Position numbers and translations under genes: made by a program. This document shows, one piece after another, positions 25,031 to 35,059 of a stretch of 64,000 nt of DNA. Source of the stretch: Oligoflexales bacterium (GTDB lineage Bacteria > Bdellovibrionota_B > Oligoflexia > Oligoflexales > JAPPIL01); NCBI GenBank assembly GCA_965215515.1, contig OZ244057.1:672001-736000 (forward strand), written 5' to 3'. The notes beneath the pieces were generated by a model. It was not told the DNA's origin, did no database searches, and worked only from the letters and a program-made list of their open reading frames with translations. Numbering within the stretch: the stretch's first letter is position 1; the number at the start of each line of letters is the position of its first letter.

Positions 25031-27187
25031 CTAGCTATTCTCATATTCAGCTATTTTTTTCTCAAGGGCTTTTTCCAATTTTTGTAAATACTTGAGAAAG
25101 TCTACACGCCTCATTTTCTCAGGGGTAGAGGCAAGATAAACACCTTCTGTTGCGGAAGCCTCTTGCTTTATACCAATAAAAAGTTCGTGAGACATACAGG
25201 TAAGCAGGCTTCTCAGACACCTTAGGATGACAACTTCCTCGTGGCTGCTCTCTTTATTTGCATTACCAAGAGCATAGTGAAGAAAATCATACGCGGCAGA
25301 TTTTCCTCTTTCCCATGATAAGCGGGTATTTTCTGTTGAAGCCAACTTGTGGGGATGTGTTTGTTTGTCACCACTATGTGAAGCTTGAGTTTTAAGGCGG
25401 TAGATGGCAGGATTCACACGGCGCACCTTCCAGTCATAGCGTGCTGCAATTTGTTCGTGGTTAGGTTGAAAATTTTCTATCTTGGCTACATCACTGGCAA
25501 TGATAGCAGCATCTTCTGATGGCTGCCAAGGCATCCACAAATGATCAAGTTCCGCAAAAAGTGCAGCTATCGGTTGGGCTGATTGATTCTGCAACTTGAC
25601 AAGACCAGATGCTTGTAGTTCACTGAGTGCATACAGTAGCTTCTCTTGGTTTAGGCCAGTTGCCTTAGCTAACTTAGGTAGTTTAATAGCTGGATCTGTT
25701 CCATCACCATTCTTGGCATTACTGACGAAAAATCTTGCAACTCTCAATGCTGATGGAGAATAACCTGTCTCATCAGCTTGCAGATATTCTCTAGTAACTC
25801 TATATTTTCCAGTCCTAGTTGCTCCTTCAAAAACAATCATCCCAATATTGCGCAAATACTTTAAATCATCCTCAACGGTTCGCATGCCAATACCTTCAGA
25901 TTCAGTAAAGCTAGATTTTGAAAAAGAGTCGTTTTTAATACTAGAGAGCACTCTCGACAAACGCATGCTTTTTTTTGACAACATGCCCTTGTCTCCAAAG
26001 TTGAATGTTTGGCTGGATACAATTTTTTTGTAACTAACACGACGCGGAAAAATAACCTTCCAACTCGATGCGTCAATGTCAAAATCAACAGGCATGCCAG
26101 TTTCTTCTGTCAAATCACGCATTCTAGGAATACCTGTGCCAGCTTCTTCGACGTATTTAGCTCTTTGCATCAGCTTGGCGATAAGAGGATTTCTGCGCCT
26201 GCTGGCACTGCCGAAGTTTTTTTCATGCAATCCCTTCGGGTAGCCACCATAACTGCTAACTTCTACCCTATCGTCGAATATTTCTACCGTAACATTTGCT
26301 CCTTGATGTTGATAATCACGATGCGTAACAGCATTTATCAGTGCTTCACGTAATGCAAGTTGCGGTATCTCTAGAACTTCCTCCCTACGCATACTCTGTG
26401 GGGAAAACCTATATTCCAACTTTAGATGGTCATGCAAAAATATCATTGCACCCTCAATACTAGAAAGCAGATCCCTATTAAATGTTTTTGTACTGGAAAG
26501 TCTCCCTTTATCTGTTCCTCTAAAACGGGTACAGCGTATTGCAGCATGATGATGAAAACGAGATAAGTCTTTAGCGAAGAAAAGCACTCCAGCATTGCGA
26601 AAAGAAATACTCCCATTGCCTTTCCTTGCCACACCGAAATTTTCTAACAGTTGCATAGGATTGTTCCTGCTACCTCTAAAGTCAGAAGCTTCGAGAAAAG
26701 AATGGAATTTTTCTATGTCAAAATCTCTCTTGTAGTTGAAGTCAGGGCATATCTTGTTATCAAAGTAACTATCCTTTACCTCTAAAACATCAGCCCTGGT
26801 CATCTTAACGCTTCTGCTACCCACACGCTTGTAGAACACACCCTTATACTGGTGTGGCTTGTGCTCGCTTTCGTCCACGTCTATCATCACAACACAATGC
26901 CTTGTGCTGCTTAATTGGATTTCACGACAAGAAACAGAGATTGCAGGGTCACAGCTCCGTGCCATGTCTTCTACTCTCTCGATGGCATCTTCAGCTCGCT
27001 CAATTCCTACCACTCTATCGGCTGCTTTTTTGTCGGTTTTTTGGTCGGCAATACCGAGATATATCTTGCCACCACTGGTGTTTGAGAAGGCACAGATCGT
27101 CTTACCAATAGTATCGGTATACTTTTCCTTGAACTCAACACCTACGTTCTCGCCAGTAGTGACAATTTTTGCTAGGTTGACAGCCAT
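25031..27187 (-). CDS. Schlafen/AlbA_2 + HATPase_c_4 + wHTH protein with additional C-terminal domains
   Basis: GENVGVEFKE, ICAFSNTSGGKIYLGIAD, YKRVGS, ALREALINAVTHRDY, RRNPLIA, EEAGTGIPRM, RTVEDDLKYL...GATRTGKY. Start at ATG 27187 with GGAG RBS. Confidence 0.88.
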   Translation of the reverse strand: MAVNLAKIVTTGENVGVEFKEKYTDTIGKTICAFSNTSGGKIYLGIADQKTDKKAADRVVGIERAEDAIERVEDMARSCDPAISVSCREIQLSSTRHCVVMIDVDESEHKPHQYKGVFYKRVGSRSVKMTRADVLEVKDSYFDNKICPDFNYKRDFDIEKFHSFLEASDFRGSRNNPMQLLENFGVARKGNGSISFRNAGVLFFAKDLSRFHHHAAIRCTRFRGTDKGRLSSTKTFNRDLLSSIEGAMIFLHDHLKLEYRFSPQSMRREEVLEIPQLALREALINAVTHRDYQHQGANVTVEIFDDRVEVSSYGGYPKGLHEKNFGSASRRRNPLIAKLMQRAKYVEEAGTGIPRMRDLTEETGMPVDFDIDASSWKVIFPRRVSYKKIVSSQTFNFGDKGMLSKKSMRLSRVLSSIKNDSFSKSSFTESEGIGMRTVEDDLKYLRNIGMIVFEGATRTGKYRVTREYLQADETGYSPSALRVARFFVSNAKNGDGTDPAIKLPKLAKATGLNQEKLLYALSELQASGLVKLQNQSAQPIAALFAELDHLWMPWQPSEDAAIIASDVAKIENFQPNHEQIAARYDWKVRRVNPAIYRLKTQASHSGDKQTHPHKLASTENTRLSWERGKSAAYDFLHYALGNANKESSHEEVVILRCLRSLLTCMSHELFIGIKQEASATEGVYLASTPEKMRRVDFLKYLQKLEKALEKKIAEYENS

Positions 27188-27210
27188 TTTCGCACTCCAA
27201 TCAGCCATCA

Positions 27211-27464
27211 TTGCGGTGCAAATATCCAATAATAATAGCTAGTTAAAATTTACACCGCAGTTTTGCCGCATTTGCACCGCAGTTTTGCCACATTTGCACC
27301 GCAGTTATACTACAAATCTAACAGCTACCTGTCTACAGAACAAGCATCTACCCCCATCTTTACGGAGATTAGCACTATGCGAGGTTCTTTTTGAATACAT
27401 ATATGTGGTGTAAATATCCAATGATAACAGAATGTTAAAATTTGCACCGCAATTTACTCCGCAG
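27211..27464. repeat. 22-bp tandem array plus two 50-bp inverted-repeat sites sharing a TTTGCACCGCA core
   Basis: Tandem units at 27249, 27271, 27293; inverted-repeat sites at 27211-27260 and 27403-27452. Confidence 0.9.
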
Positions 27465-27554
27465 ACGTGCCATTATCGTAGCAGGCAGGAGGCTTGCTTT
27501 TTATTAGCCTGTCGATGGTTTCGCTCCGCACCAACAAGAGCAATACTGCCACAA

Positions 27555-27812
27555 CTAGGTTGATTTCGCCGTCCTCATCCGCTTCTCGACGTAAATACCT
27601 TCTCGCCTGAGAATGGCGGTGACCGTGCTGTTATCCCATCCCTTACCTTGACGTTTGGTGGGGATCTTCATGGTGTCCAAGTAGCGGGCTATGGCTGTGA
27701 TGCTCACGCCCTCGCGATACATTTGCTTAATGGTGGCGACGGCTCGCAGTTCGGCCTTGTGGTCTACAGTCTTGTCTCTAGTCCGTCGCTTGCCATAGAT
27801 GCGCCACGGAGC
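27555..27812 (-). pseudogene. Second 'Recombinase' domain fragment (not in ORF track; no clear start)
   Basis: Manual translation: YGKRRTRDKTVDHKAELRAVATIKQMYREGVSITAIARYLDTMKIPTKRQGKGWDNSTVTAILRREGIYVEKRMRTAKST*. Confidence 0.8.
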
Positions 27813-28152
27813 TGGATCAGATGAGGATCAACTGTTGGCCCGCGGAGACGATGAGATGATCAGGTATATTTATTTATACCGCGATAAAGTCAGTGAGGGT
27901 GACGTTAAACAAAAAGACAGCATTTTTCTCGCGACAAACGATAGGCTATGATAAGCAAGGGCTATCTAGGCGTTCGCCACCCAAGCTACGTAGATGACTA
28001 GCTGTATTTCTAACGGATACACTCCCATTTTCAGGGAAAATCAAATTTCTATTGCCGACCCAGAAAAGGCGTATTATCCTGTAATCACATACAATTTTCA
28101 TTAAGAATCCCTTGCAACTGACCGATACGAAGGCTAAAGCGATGGTGCAGCA

Positions 28153-30978
28153 ATGCCCTACAAATACGTCAGCGCCAGCAAGAGGATGGGCAAGCCTTTG
28201 CCTCCTGGAGCAAGGGTGCAGTGTCGTGGTGCACAGTGGCTGGTGCATAATTGTGTCTATGCCGACGAGTTACAATCCTATCTCGTTGAAGTCGAAGGTA
28301 TGGAAGGATTAGTTGAGGGATTGCAGGCGAGTTTTCTTGATGCCATTGATGCGGTTGAGGTGATCGACCCTCTCGATGTAAAATTTGTGTCCGACAAAAG
28401 CCCGCAGTTCAGAGATACAAAACTGCAACTCGATCTGTGGATGCGAAAGGCTGTGCCAACAGGCAAGGGTTTGGCTATTGGACACAGAGCAGCGATCAAC
28501 ACGGAAAATTTTCAGCATGTGGCGGCTTGCAAAGCCCTCGACGATAGCAAACACTTGCGCGCTCGTATCCTCATGGCTGATGCAGTGGGACTAGGTAAAA
28601 CAATTCAAGTTGGCATCTTGCTCGCTGAGTTGATTAAAAGGCAACGTGGCAAGCGTATTCTCGTTGTCTGTCTCAAGTCGATGGCACAGCAGTTTCAAAA
28701 AGAAATTTGGTCACGTTTTGCCATTCCCCTAAAAATGCTCGATGCCAAAGAAGTAGATCGAGTTTATCACGAAATCCCTGGTAATATGAACCCTCTCGAT
28801 CGTTTTGATCGTGCCATCATCTCGATGGATACCTTGAAAGGAAAACTCAGGCGATACCTCAACAACACCCACTATGACATCATTGTCATCGACGAATGCC
28901 ATAACGTTGCACGGCGTAGCGGCACAGGCTCAGATCGGGCAAAACTTGCACGGCAACTATCAAGTATTTGCGATAACCTCATCCTCACTAGTGCTACACC
29001 GCACGACGGCAAAAAAGCAAGCTACAGTAGCCTGCTGGAGCTACTCGATCCAACTCTAGTCATCGACCCCGAAGACATCAGCAAAGACGATCTCAGCAAA
29101 ATTGCCGTGCGTCGTTTTCACAAAGATGTGCAGCTACAACAAAAAATCCCTGAACGCTGTGCACATCGTGAATATGTCCCTATCACTTCCTGTGAAGAAG
29201 AACTGCTGACAGCAATAAAGCAGGCTAACTTCAAGCGACTGTCCACCGCAACCCGTGATGCTTTATTTCGCACTACTCTAGCAAAAGCATTGTTTTCGTC
29301 ACCAGAAGCTTTTCGTTCTGTGCTTGAAAATAAAAAAAAGAAAATTGCCGATAGCGATGAGCTAAAGACAGTAGAACAACTGCTGGCACAAAGCGAACAA
29401 CTATCGCTGCAAGATACACCTAAATACCAAAAACTGAACGCAGTGCTCGATAAAATTGGCCGAAAAGAACGTGTCGTCATCTTCACTGAAAGCAAGACAA
29501 CTCAGCAAGCATTGAAAGATAATCTCCGCCGCGATCGCAAGCTAATCATAAGCGAGAAAGATCAAGAGTTCGAGGCGCAGGCAGAGCTTGTCATCATGCA
29601 TGCAGGGCTGGCAGAGGAGACCCAACAAAAAATAGTTGAAGCCTTTGCCAGCAACAACAGTAAGATAAAAATTCTCATCGCTACCGATGTTGCCTCTGAA
29701 GGGATCAACCTGCATCACTTTTGTAGTAACCTTATCCATTACGATATATCATGGTCGTTGATAACACTCGAACAACGTAATGGTCGCATTGATCGTTACG
29801 GACAGACTAAACAACCACATATCTACTACATTGTTGGGCATACAGATAAACAAGAATTAGATAAATTCAACGAACGTTATGTCGTCGATAAACTTGCCAC
29901 GAAACTTGAAAATGTTAAACAACAGCTTGGCGATGCAGGGCTAGCCATGGGGTTGTTTAGTAGCGAAAGGGAAGAAGAGAAAGTTGCAGAACAAATCGAG
30001 CAAGAAAAAGATCCTTACGATATTTTTCTCGATGATTTTGATAAGCAAGAAGTCTTTGGCACAATCGAAGATAAAACTGACAAGCCAACCTATCAAGATA
30101 GCAAGATACTGCTCAGCGACGAGGAATTTCTCAAAACATCAATGAGTTTGTTGGGCATCGAGCACACAGAAAATGAAAATACACATGTCCTGCACCACGA
30201 CAAAAAACAAGCAGATATGCTACGTCGCCCTTTTGAAAGTCTCAAAAAAGAACTAAAGCTAAAAGACGCAAAAGATTTGCAGCTTACCTGTGATGTTGAT
30301 AGAGTTAACGCTGCCATCGAGCAGGCACGTAAAGAGAGTAGTGGCTGGCCTAAGCTCAGTTACTGGTGGGAACTAAACCCACTGTGGCAAACACTTGTTC
30401 GCCGTGTCGATAGCAAGCTCAATGGCAGAGATATTCGTGTCGCAACACTCTCTAAATCTAGCAGTATGCTCTACTATGTATTGCACGGTTCAGTCACTAA
30501 CCGTCTGGGACAGTCACAAATCAGTGAATCGCAACTTGCTTGTATAGTACGAGGCCAAATAAAATTCTTCCTCGTGAGCAAAGGGCTAGAACAACTCGGC
30601 TTTACTCGTCGCGATATTCCTAATCGCGCTGCTGACATCAATGACATAACTAAGCAGTTACATGCAGATTTAACCAAGATTGTTCCTTGCTACACTAGCA
30701 AACTACAAGAATGCGGTGATACCTTGCAACAGGCACACAATCAGCAACTTCACTCTTATCAGAATGAGATCGACATTTGGCAGAAGAAAAAAACAGCTTG
30801 GCTTGAGCAAAAATATAAATCTCGCCCTCGCATCAGAGAAGAAGAAAAGAAACTCATCGAGCAAACTCATGCCAACTACCAAAATCTTATCGAGAAAAAG
30901 TTTAACCTACAATCCAAATTTCCCTACGTCAAACTGTTAGCAGTTATCATCGCTGACGAGGTGCTAGATGGCTGTTAA
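28153..30978 (+). CDS. SNF2/SWI2-family helicase (DrmD-like)
   Basis: LMADAVGLGKT, DECH, TSATPHDG, TDVASEGINL, EQRNGRIDRYGQ. Confidence 0.93.
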   Translation: MPYKYVSASKRMGKPLPPGARVQCRGAQWLVHNCVYADELQSYLVEVEGMEGLVEGLQASFLDAIDAVEVIDPLDVKFVSDKSPQFRDTKLQLDLWMRKAVPTGKGLAIGHRAAINTENFQHVAACKALDDSKHLRARILMADAVGLGKTIQVGILLAELIKRQRGKRILVVCLKSMAQQFQKEIWSRFAIPLKMLDAKEVDRVYHEIPGNMNPLDRFDRAIISMDTLKGKLRRYLNNTHYDIIVIDECHNVARRSGTGSDRAKLARQLSSICDNLILTSATPHDGKKASYSSLLELLDPTLVIDPEDISKDDLSKIAVRRFHKDVQLQQKIPERCAHREYVPITSCEEELLTAIKQANFKRLSTATRDALFRTTLAKALFSSPEAFRSVLENKKKKIADSDELKTVEQLLAQSEQLSLQDTPKYQKLNAVLDKIGRKERVVIFTESKTTQQALKDNLRRDRKLIISEKDQEFEAQAELVIMHAGLAEETQQKIVEAFASNNSKIKILIATDVASEGINLHHFCSNLIHYDISWSLITLEQRNGRIDRYGQTKQPHIYYIVGHTDKQELDKFNERYVVDKLATKLENVKQQLGDAGLAMGLFSSEREEEKVAEQIEQEKDPYDIFLDDFDKQEVFGTIEDKTDKPTYQDSKILLSDEEFLKTSMSLLGIEHTENENTHVLHHDKKQADMLRRPFESLKKELKLKDAKDLQLTCDVDRVNAAIEQARKESSGWPKLSYWWELNPLWQTLVRRVDSKLNGRDIRVATLSKSSSMLYYVLHGSVTNRLGQSQISESQLACIVRGQIKFFLVSKGLEQLGFTRRDIPNRAADINDITKQLHADLTKIVPCYTSKLQECGDTLQQAHNQQLHSYQNEIDIWQKKKTAWLEQKYKSRPRIREEEKKLIEQTHANYQNLIEKKFNLQSKFPYVKLLAVIIADEVLDGC

Positions 30979-33900
30979 AGGTATCTATAACGAAAACGAA
31001 TTCTATACTTTCAATTATTGGGAAACCAAACTTGCCGACCGCATCAAAGCTGAGGCCGATAGGATTACTAATCTTGAGTCAAAAATAAAAGAGATGCGCC
31101 AACTAAACAAAGCTTTCTGGCAACTGAAGGAAAAACAGCAAGCACAACAACTTAAGGCGTTTAACGGTGAATTCTTGCAACTGCTTGAATATCGTGTGCA
31201 ACCAACTGATTTTACCACTAAGCAAGATCGCTACATTACCACATTTATCGAGAACAAAGACCTCAAGTGCTTTTATCTTCGTGCTGACGATAAAGGTGAT
31301 TTTGAACAGGTTGCCTATCACGAGGTGAATGAATGTGAAGAAAAGCAAGTAGATGACCGCAGTCTTAGAGAGATTGTCGGTGAAGAACTTGATGGCAGTC
31401 ATGCCTCCGAATGGATACTGGTATGTGCCATGAATGCCTTGTTCGTCCTGCAAAAAAACAAATGGTTGTTTGGTCGGCACATTCGCATTGAGTGGCAAGA
31501 AGTTTTTATGCAGAGTGTGCAAGAACCCTTCAGATTTATTTTAACTCTGTTCTCAAAGCAGGCACTCGTTCCTGAAGATAACAACTCGCTACATCGTGAA
31601 CTCGATGAAGAAAATCACCGCCATGCCTGTGCTGTGTCTACTGATTTACGAGAAGGGGCGAAGCATAGTATTGAGATATTAGTCAACGAATTTATTTATC
31701 AGAAGCGAGAGGCACGGCAGAAATATCTCACCGATAACGCACCGCGATATGCCCATGAACTGACACATGATGCCTTGTATTACGTCTATCGCTTGATTTT
31801 TCTGCTTTATCTTGAAGCTCGTCCTGAAGAAAGCGTGCTCTTGCCACTCAAATCTCCTACTTACAAGCAAGGCTATAGCATTGATAAACTATTGGAAACT
31901 GTCTTTTATGATATGCAAGAAGGAGATATTGATTACAACAGCTACTTTCTCAGTGAGAGCCTCAAAAAAATCTTTGCTCTTGTCTACCATGGTTTTGAAG
32001 CTCAGCAGCAAGAGAAATCCAGCACAGGGTTTGTGGTGCATAGGCTTAAGTCAGCATTGTTCGATCCAGGAAAAATAAAGCATCTCGATAAGGTAAGATT
32101 ACGTAATGGCAAGTTGCAAAAGATATTGCAAGCTTTGACCTTGAGCAGACCCAAAAACAAAAAAGAAAAACGTGGACGGGTAAGCTATGCCTCACTCGGT
32201 ATCAATCAACTCGGCGCAGCTTATGAAAGCCTCTTATCTTATACTGGTTTCTTTGCACAACGCGATCTCTATCGTCTTAAGCCTGTGAAGGTAAAGCAAA
32301 AAGATGTTGCGAAAGAAGAAGATAGTATATTTTATGCAGAAGACAAAATTGTACAAAAGTATAGCGGCAACGAGGTTGATAAAAAATGTCGCTTGAGCAA
32401 AGATAACTTTGTGCTTGACGAGGAGGATAACCCTGTTATCAACAAAAAAGGCTCGTTTGTCTATCGCTTGGCAGGCAAAGATAAACAACTGTCTGCCAGC
32501 TACTATACCCCCGAATCGCTGACTAAGTGCACAGTCGAATATGCCTTAAAAACTCTTTATGAAGATAAGCAGCATGTAGATGATCTATGGCAAGTAAAAA
32601 TTCTAGAACCAGCCATGGGGTCAGGGGCGTTTTTGATCGAAGCTGTCAATCAGTTAGCAGACAAAATCTTTCAGCTAGAAAAACCTGACAATGGCATGCC
32701 TGCTGACGAAAAACAAAAAATGCTGTATGACATCAAGCAGCAGTTAATTGCTAACAACGTCTATGGCGTAGACTTGAATCCTACTGCGGTTGAGCTAGCC
32801 CGCTTCTCGCTATGGCTCAACTGTATCAACAGCGGCAAGCCTTCACCAGAGATCAGTAATCTCAAAGTTGGCAATAGTCTGACAGGAGGTGGGCTGACCA
32901 AAAACGACGATGGTATCTACAATTGGCTGTTGATCGACAAGGGGTGGGGACAGTATGGCAACCAACTGAAAATTTACACAGAAAATGCACACAAGGAGCT
33001 AAAAAGTTTCGGCAGCAAGCTAAACAAGTCACGTCTTGATAACCACGATGAGCTACTGGTAAGCACACAAAAGCAGGCAGAAGATACTGTCGTTAAGTTC
33101 AAAAAAGACCATACCACAGGACATACCCCACTAACTAAATGCCTCGACCTCTGGTGCAGTGCCTTCTTCATCAATAACGAAGCACTTGTCTTCTTCCCTG
33201 CGACACACAAGGACTATCTCAATTGTATACAGAAAATTTTACGCGGACAGTTGCTTGATGAACGCCTAGAAAATTTTATCGCCGACACAGCTAAACGACA
33301 GAAATTTTTCCACTGGCAACTTGCCTATCCACAGGCGATGTTCAGCGGTGGTTTTGATCTCATTCTTGGCAATCCGCCCTGGGTGAAGATACAGTGGGAA
33401 GATATGACTCAAATCAGAGATTATAATGCTATCCCCGCGGTACGTGAATTGAACGCTACTGCTACGAGAAAATTTGCGCAGGAAGAGTTAGCTATAGCAA
33501 CCAAGCAAAAATTAGCACAGGAATGTATCAACATAGATGGCTATAGCAAAATTCTTGACAGCGATAATTATTCCGTGCTCAGTAAAGTCAACAAAAACAG
33601 CTACAAGAGTTTTACCGCACTGGCATTGCAACTGCTATCTTCCGCGGGTGTATCGGGCTTCTTGCATCCTGATGGATTGCTCGAAGATGATAAGGCAACT
33701 GCGATTAGAGCAGAACTGTATCGCAAGCTGCGCTACCACTTTCAGTTTGTGAATAGTTTGAAGCTATTCACTGATATTCATGGCCGCAATAACTTCAGTA
33801 TTAATATTCTGCAAAATAAATCTACAAGAGTGGTATTTGACCATATCGGTAATCTCTTCAATCCCCTGACCATCAAAGCCTGCTATGAAGATCGTCAGCA

Positions 33901-35047
33901 GCTGAGCACACACTATGTGCCTCTTATCAAAGATGAGCAGGGCAAACTCGAAACTCGTGGTCATCGTCAGCGTATTATTCGCATTACCGACCAAGAAATA
34001 CAATTATTCGGCAAATTTCTGAATGACAGCAGCAGTGCACCGCCGTTTTTAAATCTGCACAGCGAGGGGTTGTTTAACTTTGTGAAAAAAATATCTGTAG
34101 CAAACACGACGGTAGGGGAGTGGCTCGGTGGTAAACAGAATTATCTTGGCTCGCGTATGTTCCAAGAGACAGGCGCACAGGACAAAGGGTTTATCAAGCT
34201 AGACAACCGTTATCCTGCAAGTATTGAGCAGTTGATTCTCTCAGGCCCGCATATCGAGGCAGGTAACCCTCTATTTCAACAGACACTAGAAGAATATAAA
34301 TCAAGCTCTTCATACCAAAAACTTGACCTAGATAACATTGCCGATGATCATGTGCAACGTGCCCGTTATCAACTCACCATCTCACTTACTGAAGCAGACA
34401 AAGTACTGCCAAGCTTTATCGGCAAACCCTATCGCAGTTTTTACCGTCTTGCTACTAGACTAATGGTTAATCCATCTAATGAGAGGTGTATGTTTACCTG
34501 TCTAATCCCACCAGGAGTGAGCCATGTTCACGCAATAGTTAGCTTTGCAACTAGAGATTACGACAAGTTATTGATCATCGGTGGCATATCTGCTTCTATT
34601 GTCATTGATGGTATGCAACGCTTGATAAACACCACGAATTTTCTTGAAACCACTTTCGCCAAGCTCCCGCTCGGCAATGAAAAATTCTTCGCCTCTATCG
34701 CCCGTCGTTTCCTCTCCCTCAATGGCTTGACCATATATTATGACGAACTGTGGCGCAGTGTGCCTAAACTTAAACGCAAAGATAACCTTATGTCAGGCAG
34801 AAAACTCTTCGGCTATGGTGAAGCTTATCAACGTAATGCCGCCCTACGTAACCCAAACGAACGCAAGCAAGCCTTGCTCGAAATTGACGTATTGACCGCG
34901 CTATCGTTCAACCTGACCATCACCGAACTTATACAGGTATATGAAATACTGTTCCCCGTCATGGCAAAATATGATCGCAATAAAGGTTACGATAGGAAAA
35001 ACAAAATGCAAGAAGCATATGTGTTTTTTAAACAAAGGGGTTGGTAG
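30968..35047 (+). CDS. Large N6-adenine DNA methyltransferase (Eco57I/type IIG, DrmMI-like)
   Basis: SASYYTPE, ILEPAMGSGAFL (motif I), YGVDLNP, FDLILGNPPW (motif IV); overlaps the SNF2 gene by 11 bp. Confidence 0.92.
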   Translation: MAVKGIYNENEFYTFNYWETKLADRIKAEADRITNLESKIKEMRQLNKAFWQLKEKQQAQQLKAFNGEFLQLLEYRVQPTDFTTKQDRYITTFIENKDLKCFYLRADDKGDFEQVAYHEVNECEEKQVDDRSLREIVGEELDGSHASEWILVCAMNALFVLQKNKWLFGRHIRIEWQEVFMQSVQEPFRFILTLFSKQALVPEDNNSLHRELDEENHRHACAVSTDLREGAKHSIEILVNEFIYQKREARQKYLTDNAPRYAHELTHDALYYVYRLIFLLYLEARPEESVLLPLKSPTYKQGYSIDKLLETVFYDMQEGDIDYNSYFLSESLKKIFALVYHGFEAQQQEKSSTGFVVHRLKSALFDPGKIKHLDKVRLRNGKLQKILQALTLSRPKNKKEKRGRVSYASLGINQLGAAYESLLSYTGFFAQRDLYRLKPVKVKQKDVAKEEDSIFYAEDKIVQKYSGNEVDKKCRLSKDNFVLDEEDNPVINKKGSFVYRLAGKDKQLSASYYTPESLTKCTVEYALKTLYEDKQHVDDLWQVKILEPAMGSGAFLIEAVNQLADKIFQLEKPDNGMPADEKQKMLYDIKQQLIANNVYGVDLNPTAVELARFSLWLNCINSGKPSPEISNLKVGNSLTGGGLTKNDDGIYNWLLIDKGWGQYGNQLKIYTENAHKELKSFGSKLNKSRLDNHDELLVSTQKQAEDTVVKFKKDHTTGHTPLTKCLDLWCSAFFINNEALVFFPATHKDYLNCIQKILRGQLLDERLENFIADTAKRQKFFHWQLAYPQAMFSGGFDLILGNPPWVKIQWEDMTQIRDYNAIPAVRELNATATRKFAQEELAIATKQKLAQECINIDGYSKILDSDNYSVLSKVNKNSYKSFTALALQLLSSAGVSGFLHPDGLLEDDKATAIRAELYRKLRYHFQFVNSLKLFTDIHGRNNFSINILQNKSTRVVFDHIGNLFNPLTIKACYEDRQQLSTHYVPLIKDEQGKLETRGHRQRIIRITDQEIQLFGKFLNDSSSAPPFLNLHSEGLFNFVKKISVANTTVGEWLGGKQNYLGSRMFQETGAQDKGFIKLDNRYPASIEQLILSGPHIEAGNPLFQQTLEEYKSSSSYQKLDLDNIADDHVQRARYQLTISLTEADKVLPSFIGKPYRSFYRLATRLMVNPSNERCMFTCLIPPGVSHVHAIVSFATRDYDKLLIIGGISASIVIDGMQRLINTTNFLETTFAKLPLGNEKFFASIARRFLSLNGLTIYYDELWRSVPKLKRKDNLMSGRKLFGYGEAYQRNAALRNPNERKQALLEIDVLTALSFNLTITELIQVYEILFPVMAKYDRNKGYDRKNKMQEAYVFFKQRGW

Positions 35048-35059
35048 TGATATTTGTCA

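Noticed and set aside
27249..27306. 22-bp repeats as a CRISPR array or plasmid origin
   Set aside because: No spacers and no rep gene nearby; kept only as a binding-site array.
27994..28104. 36-aa ORF containing GY...IADPEKA, reminiscent of an AbiEi-type antitoxin C-terminus
   Set aside because: Only a short motif with no toxin partner; cannot be supported without a search.
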